Assembly (NCBI GenBank): GCA_963701295.1
Contig: OY969585.1
Location: 96,001-160,000, forward strand
Length of the DNA stretch: 64,000 bases
Direction of reading: 5' to 3'
Source of the DNA: Ignavibacteriota bacterium
GTDB taxonomy: Bacteria; Bacteroidota; Ignavibacteria; UBA10030
A program made the position numbers and the translations under genes. Shown here piece after piece: positions 40,232-51,375 of this stretch. Each line of letters starts with the position of its first letter. Position 1 is the stretch's first letter. The notes beneath the pieces are model-generated. The model did no database searches. It was given only the letters and a program-made list of their open reading frames with translations, and was not told the DNA's origin.

Positions 40232-42249
40232 CTACCCACGGTTCTAATAATTTTTCTCCAATGCCTTCGATAAAGCGCGAGGGCTTTGTCAAAATCATAC
40301 CGCTTTCACGGTCGTAAATATTCATCGGATAGGTGATAATCAGATGCTCCTTTGCGCGGGTACAAGCGACGTACATGAGCCGGCGTTCTTCTTCCATTTC
40401 CTCATCGCTCGCTGCAGATCGCATTGTCGGGAATCTTCCTTCGAGTGCATAGATGATGAAGACAGCATTCCATTCCAATCCTTTGGCACTGTGAATAGTC
40501 GAGAGTGTCAGGTATTCTGTTTCCGGTCCTGGTGATTCAATATCAGCGATACTTTCGTTCGGCGGCTCAAGTGCTAAATCTGTCAATAATTCATCGATAG
40601 ACTTATAGCGCTCAGTGATATTTTGGAATGTCTCAAGATCTTTCTTCCGCTTGAGGTGATCTTCATAGCGAGCACGGAGAATTGGTTCATAGTATTGAAG
40701 GATATGAGATGTCTTTTCTGCCGGAGAAATGTTGGGCGCAGCAACTTCTTTCAGCATATCAAATAGTTTACGGACATTATCGGGATAGCTACCGTATTCC
40801 ATCCAGAATTTTGTTGTTGCTGTCACAGCTTCTTTGAATTCCTTCGCCAAACCAACACGACGTTTCAGAATATCGTCCACAACTTTTTCCGCAGTACGCG
40901 GGCCAACACCATCAATAAGCAGGAGAATGCGATTCCACGATACGACATCGCGCGGATTTTCGAGCACACGTAGATATGCCACAACATCTTTTACATGTGC
41001 TGTTTCGATAAACTTAAATCCACCAAACTTTAGGAATGGAATATTCGCCTTTGCTAATTCGATTTCTAAATCAAACGAATGGAATGAGGATCGAAACAAT
41101 ACAGCCATCTCTTCCAGCGGGACGCCCATCTCGTGGTATTCAAGAATCTTCTGCACGACGTATCGTGACTGTTGGTTCTCCGTCTGAGCCGAGACAAGCT
41201 GTGGTAAGCTGCCACCAGATTTCTTTGTGAAAAGTTCTTTGGTGTACATTTTAGCCACCCAGATTTCTTCCACCACGCAACAAGATTTCATTCGCTAGGT
41301 TCAAGATCGGTTGTGTGCTTCGATAATTTTCTTCTAACTTGATAATTTTACAATCCTTGAACTCCTCACCGAACATAAGAATATTCTGAATCGTAGATCC
41401 TCGGAAAGAATAAATACACTGTGCATCATCGCCAACAACCATCAAATTCCGGTGCTTAGATGCCAGCAGCTTTATAATTTCTGCTTGTAGTTTATTGGTA
41501 TCCTGATATTCATCCACCATAATATATTTATAACGGTCAGAAAGCGTCACACGCACCGCTTCATCCTGGCGCAGCAACAACGCAAGATTTAGAAGCAAAT
41601 CATCATAGTCCATCAAGTTGTGTTCACGTTTGTATTTCGCATAGGTACCGTGAAGCATAGAGATGTCGGTTTCGATTTCAAGGTACTGCGGATAATCTAA
41701 TGCCAGCAGTTCTTTCACTGAAGTCACCGTGTTTAGTGAACGGCTATAAAGATCGTATAATGTCTCTTTACGCGGAAACCGTTTCTCTTTTGTATCAAAT
41801 TTCATCCGTGTCCGGATCAGATTGATAACATCTTCAGCATCCGCTTGATCGAGAATTGTGAAGTTGTTCTCGTACCCAAGTTGACCGGCATATTTTCGCA
41901 GGACGCTGTTCGCAAACGAATGAAATGTTCCACCTGAGACTCGCTCACATCGACTGTCCAATAGAATTGACGCTTTTCTCAACATTTCTTGTGCGGCTCT
42001 GCGCGTAAATGTCAGCAGCAATAACGAATCCGGTTTAACACCTATTTCCACTAGATAAGCCACTCGGTACACAATTGTGCGTGTCTTCCCTGTTCCTGCT
42101 CCGGCGATAATCAAGTGCGGACCATCGACTGATGTCGCAGCTTCATATTGCGCAGAATTCAATTCCTGTTGATAGTTGATGCGCAGGTGCTGCGGCTGAA
42201 CAAGATGAAGATGATCACCGGGGAGCGGCTTCAGTGTGAATTTCTTCAT
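40224..42249 (-). pseudogene. UvrD/PcrA-family helicase, frame broken near 41250-41280 (probably an assembly error)
   Basis: ORF 41251-42249 (AGAGTGKT, TFTRRAA, DEYQDTN, ENYRST) plus ORF 40224-41291 (STIHSAKGLEW, EEERRLMYVACTRA). Confidence 0.85.
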
Positions 42250-42505
42250 TTCATGCCGAATAAATGTGGATGCGTGCTCCGTCGCTGAAGCTTTTAAACG
42301 TAAGAGTCCTTTTACGCAAATAAGTATATAAGTTCATTTCGTGAATGAAGATAGCTGAAAAAATCTGGAAAATGAAACATTCCTAACTTGAGTTTTCAGC
42401 AACAAAGCTGTAAGTTTAAAACATTGTTTTTAACAACTTAGCGATGTAATTCCTTGATAGGAATCGCTACTTTTTCTTTATCATCTAAAACTTCAGACTG
42501 AACAT

Positions 42506-43753
42506 ATGAATATTCTTGTCTTAAATTGCGGCAGTTCGTCTCTTAAATTTCAGATCATTCAAACCGATCTTGAAATGATTGAGAAAAATGCAGACAAACA
42601 GCTTGCCAAAGGTCTCATCGAACGAATCGGTAGCCAAGCGCTCGTTTCACTGCAAGCTGCCGGTAAAACAGCAGTAAAACATGCAGCTCCACTGCGCGAT
42701 CATCGCGCCGCGCTTGATCATGTTATCAAATGGATTATTTCGAAAGATGCCCAAATTCCCGATATTCAATCGCTCGCGGATATTCATGCGGTGGGCCATC
42801 GTGTAGTCCATGGCGCAGAGCAATTTACGAAGTCTACGATTATCACGGATGCGGTTATTCGCGGAATCGAAGACTGCATCGATCTTGCCCCGCTTCATAA
42901 TCCGGCAAACCTTAAAGGTATAAATGCAGCACGCGAGCTTCTTGGCGCTGGTATACCGGCAGTAGTTGTGTTTGACACTTCATTTCACTCAACTATGCCA
43001 GAGACATCATTCCTGTATGCTATTCCATACCAACTTTATCGGCGACACAAAATCCGGCGATATGGATTCCACGGCACATCACATCGGTACGTAGCATACC
43101 GTTATCGACAACTCACTGGGAAAATACGAGAAGAGACAAATGTTATAACAATACATCTTGGTAATGGATGTTCAGCATGCGCAATCAAGAATGGAGCTTC
43201 GTTTGACACGTCGATGGGGCTTTCGCCGTTAGAAGGATTGGTCATGGGAACACGAGGCGGCGATATCGATCCGGCAGTGCTTGAGTTTCTTTCACACAAA
43301 GAAGGCATGTCGATGAGCGAGATCGACACATTGCTCAACAAACAATCTGGGTTGCTCGGCATTTCAGGATTAACAAACGACATGCGCGACTTGCTGGAAG
43401 AGGCGAAAGACCATCAGGATCGGCGTGCCACACTTGCCATAAACATCTTTGCACAACGTGCAAAAAAATACATCGGATCATATTTAGCAGAAATGAACGG
43501 CGCCGACGCCCTTATCTTTACCGGCGGTATCGGAGAAAATGCAGCTACTATTCGACAACGCATATGCGCCAACCTCGAGTGGCTTGGGATTGAAATAGAC
43601 GAGAAGCTTAATAATGAAAAGGTTGGAGGGAAAGAGGGAGAAATCAACACACAGAAAAGCCGCGTGAAAGTGTTCGTCATCCCGACGAACGAAGAGCTGC
43701 TTATTGCACGTGATACGGTTCGTTGCATTGTCGATGTGCCGAAGAAGAGTTAA
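42506..43753 (+). CDS. ackA: Acetate kinase
   Basis: ILVLNCGSSSLKF, GHRVVHG, LAPLHN, YGFHGTSH, FTGGIGEN, IPTNEEL. Confidence 0.97.
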   Translation: MNILVLNCGSSSLKFQIIQTDLEMIEKNADKQLAKGLIERIGSQALVSLQAAGKTAVKHAAPLRDHRAALDHVIKWIISKDAQIPDIQSLADIHAVGHRVVHGAEQFTKSTIITDAVIRGIEDCIDLAPLHNPANLKGINAARELLGAGIPAVVVFDTSFHSTMPETSFLYAIPYQLYRRHKIRRYGFHGTSHRYVAYRYRQLTGKIREETNVITIHLGNGCSACAIKNGASFDTSMGLSPLEGLVMGTRGGDIDPAVLEFLSHKEGMSMSEIDTLLNKQSGLLGISGLTNDMRDLLEEAKDHQDRRATLAINIFAQRAKKYIGSYLAEMNGADALIFTGGIGENAATIRQRICANLEWLGIEIDEKLNNEKVGGKEGEINTQKSRVKVFVIPTNEELLIARDTVRCIVDVPKKS

Positions 43754-43793
43754 CCACAAAGAAAGTATTTGCTTTTATTGTACAGAATCACAT

Positions 43794-43824
43794 AAAAGCG
43801 CGGGCAATGAAGTTCGCGCTTTTT
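43794..43824 (+). terminator. Intrinsic terminator after ackA
   Basis: AAAAGCGCGGGC-AATGAA-GTTCGCGCTTTTT. Confidence 0.7.
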
Positions 43825-43910
43825 GATTTTCTAGGGTTCGTTTCTATCTGGTTTTATTGGTAAATATTTTGCATTCTAAAACAAGAATTCAAATCAGTTA
43901 TAGGTGTGCA

Positions 43911-46049
43911 ATGTCAGCAGTTTTTAAAATTAAAAATCCTTCACATCTTCATCTCTCCGTACGTCTCCGCGCACTCGCACGAAACCTCTGGTGGACATGG
44001 AATCCGGAATCCCATCATGTATTCAAAGAACTCTCACCTCTTGTATGGCGGTACTCAAACCATAATGCTGTAGCGGTGATGAATGAAATTTCCAACCAGG
44101 AATTGGAAGCCCGGCTGCGCGATCATGACTTCGCACGAAAAGTGCATGTTGTACTCGAAGAATTTGAATCTTATATGACAAAGCCATCGACATGGGCAAA
44201 ACGCCATGCGATAGCGTTGAAGAATCCAGTAGCATATTTCAGCGCTGAGTTTGGACTGCATGAATCGCTGCCGATTTATTCCGGCGGCCTTGGAATTCTT
44301 TCCGGTGACCACACAAAGTCTGCAAGCGACCTCGGTATCCCATTGGTCGGGATCGGATTGTTTTATCGTCAGGGCTATTTCCAGCAGAGATTAAATGCAG
44401 ATGGCTGGCAGGAAGAATCATATCCTTCAAACGATCCAGAACATCTTCCGCTTGAATTGGTTCTCCAGCCCGAAGGAGGGCGGCTGCTCAACTCTATAGA
44501 AATTGGACATAGTACAGTATATTTCCAAACGTGGACTGTACGCATCGGGCGAGTAACTCTCTATCTGCTCGATACGAATCTTCCGGAAAATGATCAACAT
44601 TTCCAAGGATTGACTTCTACAGTGTACGGCGGCAACATCGACACACGCATCGGACAGGAAATTATTCTTGGCATCGGCGGTGTGCGGCTTCTCCAGTCAC
44701 TTGGAATCACTCCATCTGTCTTTCATATGAACGAGGGGCACTCCGCATTTCTCGTGCTTGAGCTGCTGCAACGGGAATTAAAATTTAGAAAAACACGCGA
44801 AGAGGCAGAGCAGATAGTTCGCTCGAAGTGCGTTTTCACAACGCATACACCAGTACCGGCTGGACATGATCGATTCAATTCAGAATTGATGGCATACTCC
44901 TTCGGCAAATTCTGGAATTCTACAGGATTACCGCACGAAGATTTGATGTCCTATGGACGAGTGAATCCATCCGATACAAATGAACTATTCACGATGACTG
45001 TGCTTGCCATTAAGATGTCGCGTGCAGCAAATGGTGTGAGCGAGCTGCATGGACATGTGAGCAGGGAAATGTGGAAAGACCTCTTCCCCGGCAAGACAGT
45101 GGATGAAGTTCCCATTGGACACATCACCAACGGTATCCATACACCGGGATGGGCAACAACGCACGCGCATGATTTCTGGAACAAGCGGCTTGGTTCTGAT
45201 TGGACAGAGAAATTGATGGAACCAAAGTTCTGGAAAAAGTTTGCAGATGATGAACTTGCTACCGATGAGGAACTGTGGGCATTACGCTATAATTTGCGAC
45301 GGGACCTCGTGGAGTACGCTCGACGCCAGCAAGTAGAACGACAGTATGGTTATAGCATCGGTACATCATTTGCAACAAGCCACATCCTTTCTCCCGATGC
45401 ATTGACGATCGGTTTTGCGCGCCGGTTTGCAACATATAAACGCGCACCGCTGATATTCCGACATTTGGAGAAAATTATTCCGCTACTCAGTAACACGCAA
45501 CATCCCATTCAAATAATATTTTCCGGCAAAGCACATCCGCGTGACAATGAAGGCAAACGATTTATACAACAGATTATTGGGATCACACGACATCCTGAAC
45601 TTATCGGCAAAGTGATTTTCCTCGAAAATTACGATATCAATGTTGCGCGTCATCTTATCTCCGGTGTCGATGTTTGGTTGAATACTCCGCGCCGTCCGCT
45701 TGAAGCGAGCGGAACCAGCGGCATGAAAGTCACCATCCATGGAGGATTAAATCTAAGTATTATGGATGGTTGGTGGCGCGAGGGTTACAATAGCAAGAAT
45801 GGATGGAAAATCGGTGACGACCAAAACGATGCCGATCTTGAAACTCAAGATGAACGTGATTTTGAGAGACTGATTCATGTACTTTCAGAGTCAATCATTC
45901 CGGAGTTCTACAATCGGGATGAGCATGGTATTCCCCGGATATGGCTAAAACGCATCAGGAACGCTATGCAAACACTCCTTTCACAATTTAGTACAGATAG
46001 AATGGTAGGAGAATACGTACAAAAATACTATATAAACGAAGAAAGATAA
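43911..46049 (+). CDS. glgP: Alpha-glucan (glycogen) phosphorylase
   Basis: NLWWTW, AYFSAEFGL, YSGGLGILSGD, HMNEGH, RRFATYKRA, EASGTSGMK (PLP Lys). Confidence 0.95.
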   Translation: MSAVFKIKNPSHLHLSVRLRALARNLWWTWNPESHHVFKELSPLVWRYSNHNAVAVMNEISNQELEARLRDHDFARKVHVVLEEFESYMTKPSTWAKRHAIALKNPVAYFSAEFGLHESLPIYSGGLGILSGDHTKSASDLGIPLVGIGLFYRQGYFQQRLNADGWQEESYPSNDPEHLPLELVLQPEGGRLLNSIEIGHSTVYFQTWTVRIGRVTLYLLDTNLPENDQHFQGLTSTVYGGNIDTRIGQEIILGIGGVRLLQSLGITPSVFHMNEGHSAFLVLELLQRELKFRKTREEAEQIVRSKCVFTTHTPVPAGHDRFNSELMAYSFGKFWNSTGLPHEDLMSYGRVNPSDTNELFTMTVLAIKMSRAANGVSELHGHVSREMWKDLFPGKTVDEVPIGHITNGIHTPGWATTHAHDFWNKRLGSDWTEKLMEPKFWKKFADDELATDEELWALRYNLRRDLVEYARRQQVERQYGYSIGTSFATSHILSPDALTIGFARRFATYKRAPLIFRHLEKIIPLLSNTQHPIQIIFSGKAHPRDNEGKRFIQQIIGITRHPELIGKVIFLENYDINVARHLISGVDVWLNTPRRPLEASGTSGMKVTIHGGLNLSIMDGWWREGYNSKNGWKIGDDQNDADLETQDERDFERLIHVLSESIIPEFYNRDEHGIPRIWLKRIRNAMQTLLSQFSTDRMVGEYVQKYYINEER

Positions 46050-46115
46050 CCGCAGCTTAAGAAAGAAGTCCTTTCCTTTGTAAAACGACTTCTGTGAACT
46101 TCATGAAACACTTTA

Positions 46116-46144
46116 TTGACATTCTACTCCTACCCCACTATCTT
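46116..46144 (+). promoter_or_regulatory. sigma70-type promoter
   Basis: TTGACA (46116), 17-bp spacer, TATCTT (46139). GAGGAG RBS at 46181 lies before ATG 46196. Confidence 0.55.
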
Positions 46145-46195
46145 TAAAGTGGGATAGTGAATGTCTACCTGTATCTGAACGAGGAGCATGCTGTT

Positions 46196-49147
46196 ATGAC
46201 CAATCCATCAGAAATGCGCACACAGAAGATATCTGCAATCATGTTCACGGACATTGCCGGCTTTTCCAAGAAGCTTTCAGAAGACGAAGTGCGGGCATTT
46301 GAACTTCTCAAAACTCACGATGCGCTTATTCGTGTTCTCACCGCCAAGTTCGACGGCAAAGTAATCAAGTCCCTTGGCGATTCGTTTATGGTGGAGTTTC
46401 CGAGCGGCATCAACGCCGTAAAATGTGCTGTTGAAATCCAAAAACGATTCTGGAATTTTAATCGTGGTAAAACGGAATCTGATACAATCAGAGTTCGCGT
46501 AGGCATTCATCTCAGCGAAACCTCTATCCGTCATAGCGATATTCTTGGCACAGACTCAGCAATTGTCTCAAGAATACAGGCAATGACTGAACCTAACCGC
46601 ATTTGTATCTCTTTAGAAGTATACGAGAACATCAGGAGCGCACTCCCGCTGAATGTATTTAAAGTCGGGTCGATAGAACTTAAGGATATATCTCGTCATA
46701 TAGAAGTTTACGAAGTACTTATCGATTCCATTCCTGAACTTGCGCAGCCATCAGCTACCGCTCAACAGATATCATCATCACAACAGAGTACAGTTGCAAT
46801 AAAACACGAAGAAGAGGAATTTCTCGAAGCAAAAAGAATCGAAGAAACCAAATTGCGCATATTGGGTGATCAGGCAAAAATGGAGGAGGAGCGAAAAAAG
46901 AAGATTGCTGCTCACTATACACGAGCAGAGATTTTCTTTGAGGCAGGTGCTCTGGAGAAGGCTGAACATGAACTTGCAGAAATCGCGAAACTTGATCCGC
47001 AGCAGCGTCCGCCGACGGAACGAGAGCGCCAGGAAAAAGAGAGTGATCGTATCATTCAAGATCATCTCATAAAAGCGCGCGAGTTTTTCGTCGTGAAGGA
47101 ACTTGCTGCAGCTGAAGAAGAAGTAAACGAGATTTTTCGAATCTTACCGCTCCATGTGGGAGCTCAACAGCTCCTGATGCAAATTGAAGAGGAACGATAC
47201 AGGCAGGAAGAGAGAAAGCGGGCCAAGCAGACAGAGGAGACTACCATCAAGCAAGTTTCCGAAGAAGAACGAAAGATCGAAGCATTGATCGAACAGGGGG
47301 AAGCACTGCTTGAAGAGGAAAAATTCACGGAAGCCACATTTGTATTACATGATCTTTTTCTCATCGATCCAAACCATTCCGGCGGACGACGATTGGAGGA
47401 ACGTATTCGTCAAGCAGAACAGGCGAAAGCAGAATTCCAACGTATTCATGCAGAACAATCACACGAGGAACAGCGCTTTCAAGAGCTTGCCAAGCTTCAG
47501 AGAAAAGTAGAGGATCAAATACAGAGACAGACTGAAGCTCCTCGGGAAATCATTCGGAAACCAAGATCAAAAAAGCCACTTCAGATCACAGCGGTAGTCA
47601 TCCTCGTAGTCGCAGCATTCTTTATTCTTCCGAAAATTTTCGAATGGATATTTCCCAAACATGTATCGATTGCCATCTTAAGGTTCACCAGTTCGACAAG
47701 TGAAACGAATGACTTGGATTTATTGGATGTACTTCCCATTCTGTTAGCAGAAGATTTTGCGCAATGTGACCATATAACTGTCATTGCTCCATCATCTTCA
47801 CTTCTGTATATGTCCGATCCGATACATCTGCGAAAGATCGCATCAAACTTGCAGGTAGAATATCTCCTTGTTGGAACCATCCAGGAAAACGATGGACGAT
47901 ACAGCATCCAGCTCAGCCTTCTCGCCCCTGACGAAGAAAAGACCACGTATATTGGAACAGTGGAAGGATCGCTCTCAACGCTCAGTGAAATGCGTATTAC
48001 AATTCTGCAAAAGGTTCTCGATAAAACTGGAGTGCGATCCGATCTACCTGTTCTGTCGCAGCCTGCCAACACTGGGGCACTTGCAAAATACATAAAAGGC
48101 ATCCATTTGATGAGGCAAAAATCCGGCGTGGAAGTCGATTCTGCAAGAGTTTTACTACAGACCGCTCTTCAAATCGATCCTTCGTTGTGTATTGCATACG
48201 AATCGCTGGCAGATCTGCAAATCCGTACATTTCAGATGATGGACGATCCACAGTTTCTTCAATCCGCAACGGAATATGCACAGCGAGCCTTGCGATGTTC
48301 GCCCAACAACGCTCTTGCCCATCGAGTTCTTGCTACAAGTAATCGTCTCTCACAGAATTATTATTCGGCTTTATCTTCCATTAACCAGAGTATGGCATTA
48401 CTTCCGCAAAGTCCAGAATGCTACCGGGAACTCGCGCTCCTCTCTCTCATCGCCAGAAGATTTGACGAAGCTACTTCGTATGCATCCAGCGCATTGCTCT
48501 ATGATCCGAAAAATGTCGAATCGCATTTTACACTTGGACTTGTTCAACAGATGAAACAGGACTACTTTGGAGCAGAAAATTCATATCAGCAAGCACAACT
48601 GCCGGGGGATAATAATTTAATGCTCATGGCATACTATGTACAGAACGTGTGGATCGGCGAAGGGAACTATGATAAAGTGGTGCGCTATTGCACCCAAATG
48701 ATTCGCATATCGCCGGAGAATTATCGCTACTACTATTGGATCGGACGTGCCTATCAACTCTCGCTCCAAATCGGCACAGCACAGGAATGGCTGAAAAAGG
48801 GATTAACAATAACGGAACAAGTCATTGACGACGATCCTAATGATGCAATTGCTCACACATACGCCGGATTGATCTATTCACGCCTTGGAAAATTCCCTGA
48901 AGGTGAAGCAGCAATGAATAAGGCGATACTCCTCGACAGCAGTTCTGTCGAAGTTGTATTCCGCAACGCAGACCTTTATTCTATCCAGAGGGATAAACAA
49001 AAAGCTATCGCAGCGTTGCAAAAGGCTGTACAACGACAATACGATTTTGCTGAAATCTTGAATCCGGATTTATCTTTTATTGCGCTCGAACCTGAATTCC
49101 TTTCAGCCGTCACTCAGAAGATTGATGGCAAGTGGCCGGTGAAATAA
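46196..49147 (+). CDS. Class III nucleotide cyclase domain + TPR/coiled coil + TM + TolB-N-like + TPR protein
   Basis: AIMFTDIAGF, KSLGDSFM, RVGIH; TM ITAVVILVVAAFFILP; SIAILRF...YLLVGTIQ; many C-terminal TPRs. Confidence 0.82.
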   Translation: MTNPSEMRTQKISAIMFTDIAGFSKKLSEDEVRAFELLKTHDALIRVLTAKFDGKVIKSLGDSFMVEFPSGINAVKCAVEIQKRFWNFNRGKTESDTIRVRVGIHLSETSIRHSDILGTDSAIVSRIQAMTEPNRICISLEVYENIRSALPLNVFKVGSIELKDISRHIEVYEVLIDSIPELAQPSATAQQISSSQQSTVAIKHEEEEFLEAKRIEETKLRILGDQAKMEEERKKKIAAHYTRAEIFFEAGALEKAEHELAEIAKLDPQQRPPTERERQEKESDRIIQDHLIKAREFFVVKELAAAEEEVNEIFRILPLHVGAQQLLMQIEEERYRQEERKRAKQTEETTIKQVSEEERKIEALIEQGEALLEEEKFTEATFVLHDLFLIDPNHSGGRRLEERIRQAEQAKAEFQRIHAEQSHEEQRFQELAKLQRKVEDQIQRQTEAPREIIRKPRSKKPLQITAVVILVVAAFFILPKIFEWIFPKHVSIAILRFTSSTSETNDLDLLDVLPILLAEDFAQCDHITVIAPSSSLLYMSDPIHLRKIASNLQVEYLLVGTIQENDGRYSIQLSLLAPDEEKTTYIGTVEGSLSTLSEMRITILQKVLDKTGVRSDLPVLSQPANTGALAKYIKGIHLMRQKSGVEVDSARVLLQTALQIDPSLCIAYESLADLQIRTFQMMDDPQFLQSATEYAQRALRCSPNNALAHRVLATSNRLSQNYYSALSSINQSMALLPQSPECYRELALLSLIARRFDEATSYASSALLYDPKNVESHFTLGLVQQMKQDYFGAENSYQQAQLPGDNNLMLMAYYVQNVWIGEGNYDKVVRYCTQMIRISPENYRYYYWIGRAYQLSLQIGTAQEWLKKGLTITEQVIDDDPNDAIAHTYAGLIYSRLGKFPEGEAAMNKAILLDSSSVEVVFRNADLYSIQRDKQKAIAALQKAVQRQYDFAEILNPDLSFIALEPEFLSAVTQKIDGKWPVK

Positions 49148-49588
49148 TGGGAGAGTTGACCTCTTACCATTGGTTTTTGCATCAGGTAACGAGTGGCGAC
49201 AATCGTGATTTCTTAAATAAAGCAAGGATTTTCCACATCACTTCAACAATCTTCTACGATCAATAACAGTAGCCTATTATTCATTGTCAATAGTACCTAC
49301 AATCTCATGAAAAGTGATTTTCTTCTGTTCTTTTCACACATTCATTACTGTTCATCCAAAATACTTTTTCACCATCCGTAAAATAATGCGGTGATATAAT
49401 TTCAATTTGTCATTTCATACAATAAAAAATCGCTGAGAAATTTATTCCGCACATTTTAAGTAATGAACTCTTACAATTCTATACTGAATAGTTACTGTAA
49501 TTCTTCATTTGCCTCCTGCCCATTTTTTGCATAAGTTAGACTGTGCTCCATAATCATCAAATCCATAAGTTCTTTAGATAACGACATT

Positions 49589-50065
49589 ATGTCTCTCCGA
49601 CGAAGAGTTGTACGAGAACGGGTTTTACAGGCACTGTATGCATATGAACTGTCTCAAGAACCGATTGAGATGATCATTGAGAATATCGCCGGTGATTTGC
49701 AGAAGCAACCGGAATCATTCGCCTTCGCCAAACAGCTCATCCTGAAGGTCGTTGACTGTAACCAAGAATTAGACGATCTCATCCGTCAACGTGTGGAACA
49801 CTGGGAATTCAATCGCCTTGCCATTATCGATAAGATCGTTTTACGAATGAGTATTTGCGAGTTATTGCACTTTGAAGACATCCCTCCAAAAGTCACGATG
49901 AACGAAGCTATCGAAATTGCACGCGCTTACAGCACCGATAAAAGCGATAAATTCGTCAATGGTGTGCTTGACTCTATTCTTGAAGATCTGAAAAAGGATG
50001 GCCGAATTAGAAAATCGGGGCGTGGACTTGTTGATACTCATGTGACGAAGAAACTTAAGTTATAA
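49589..50065 (+). CDS. nusB: Transcription antitermination factor NusB
   Basis: RRVVRERVLQALY, DKIVLR, IPPKVTMNEAIEIA, KFVNGVLD. Confidence 0.96.
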   Translation: MSLRRRVVRERVLQALYAYELSQEPIEMIIENIAGDLQKQPESFAFAKQLILKVVDCNQELDDLIRQRVEHWEFNRLAIIDKIVLRMSICELLHFEDIPPKVTMNEAIEIARAYSTDKSDKFVNGVLDSILEDLKKDGRIRKSGRGLVDTHVTKKLKL

Positions 50066-50066
50066 T

Positions 50067-51347
50067 GTGAGCACCCACCTCTTTTCATCTTCTTCCCGTC
50101 TGGCGACTCGTGGACAAGTTTTTTCATGGGCGCTCTTTGATTTTGCGCATACTGCATTCTATGTCCTGATTTTAACGGTAGGATATCCCCTTTATTTCAA
50201 AGAGATTGTCGTCGGCAGCAGCGGCCAGGGAGATTTTCTCTGGGGCTCCGCATTCAGTATTTCTATGTGCATCGTGGCACTTTTCTCACCAGTCCTCGGA
50301 GCAGTGGCGGATTATGGGGCGGGGAAAAAAAGATTTCTGGGAATTTTTACCGCGCTGTGTGTCCTCGCAACGGCAAGCCTTTTTTTTGTGCACGCAGGAA
50401 TGATTTTTGCCGGAATGGCATTCCTGATTTTGTCGAATATAGGGTTTGAGGCCGGACTCGTCTTCTACGATGCATTTCTTTTGGAGATTACAACTGCACG
50501 AAGTTATGGCCGAGTGTCGGGGTACGGATTTGCCCTCGGTTATGTCGGATCACTTGCATCATTGGCGGTGGTATACCCACTCTATGCAGACGGATTCGGA
50601 CTCGACAATCTCTTCAATGTCCGGCTCAGCTTTCCTATCGCAGCAGCATTCTTTTTTGTATTCGGGCTTCCTCTTTTTCTGTTTCTGCCGGATAAACAAC
50701 GGACCGCCAGTCTCAAGCTGGATTTTATCTTGATTGGTTTTGCGCGACTACGAACCACGTATCAGCAATTTCCACGGTTTCGCAATGTAGCCCGATTTCT
50801 GGTTTCCTATTTCATTTATATCGATGGGGTCAATACCATCATCATTTTCTCTTCTATCTTCGCCATGGAAACTCTCAAGATGGGCGTCAGTGAAATTGTC
50901 GTATACTTTGCCATGGTTCAGACATCTGCCATATTTGGCGCTGTTCTCTTTGGGATTCTCTCCGATCACGCTGGCCATAAGAGAACGCTCAGCATGACAT
51001 TGCTTCTGTGGCTGAGTATCGTGATTATAGCATATTTCATTCAGGACAAATCGCTGTTCTATGGTGTCGGAGTTCTTGCGGGATTGGCACTCGGGTCATC
51101 TCAATCAACCAGCCGAGGCCTTATGTCGATCATTACGCCACAGGAAAAGAGAACTGAGTTCTTCGGATTTTACTCGTTCTTTGGAAAAGCTTCCGCGATC
51201 ATTGGACCATTTGTTTTCGGATTCGTTTCGTCCTACTTCAATCAACGCCTTGCAATTCTCTCTATCGGGCTGCTCCTTCTCACTGGCCTCATTATTTTGC
51301 AGCGGGTCGAAGAACGCCCACCGGAAAGTTCTCCATCGGCCACATAA
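50067..51347 (+). CDS. MFS transporter, UMF1/ATG22 family
   Basis: SWALFDFA, PVLGAVAD, FYDAFL, RVSGYGFALGYVG, EFFGFY; ~12 TMs. Confidence 0.88.
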   Translation: MSTHLFSSSSRLATRGQVFSWALFDFAHTAFYVLILTVGYPLYFKEIVVGSSGQGDFLWGSAFSISMCIVALFSPVLGAVADYGAGKKRFLGIFTALCVLATASLFFVHAGMIFAGMAFLILSNIGFEAGLVFYDAFLLEITTARSYGRVSGYGFALGYVGSLASLAVVYPLYADGFGLDNLFNVRLSFPIAAAFFFVFGLPLFLFLPDKQRTASLKLDFILIGFARLRTTYQQFPRFRNVARFLVSYFIYIDGVNTIIIFSSIFAMETLKMGVSEIVVYFAMVQTSAIFGAVLFGILSDHAGHKRTLSMTLLLWLSIVIIAYFIQDKSLFYGVGVLAGLALGSSQSTSRGLMSIITPQEKRTEFFGFYSFFGKASAIIGPFVFGFVSSYFNQRLAILSIGLLLLTGLIILQRVEERPPESSPSAT

Positions 51348-51375
51348 ACCTTCACCAATCAGAAAGGAACCTCAT

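Noticed and set aside
51061-51375. N-terminal extension of track ORF 51061-52314
   Set aside because: It overlaps the MFS gene in another frame. The RBS and lipoprotein signal point to ATG 51376.
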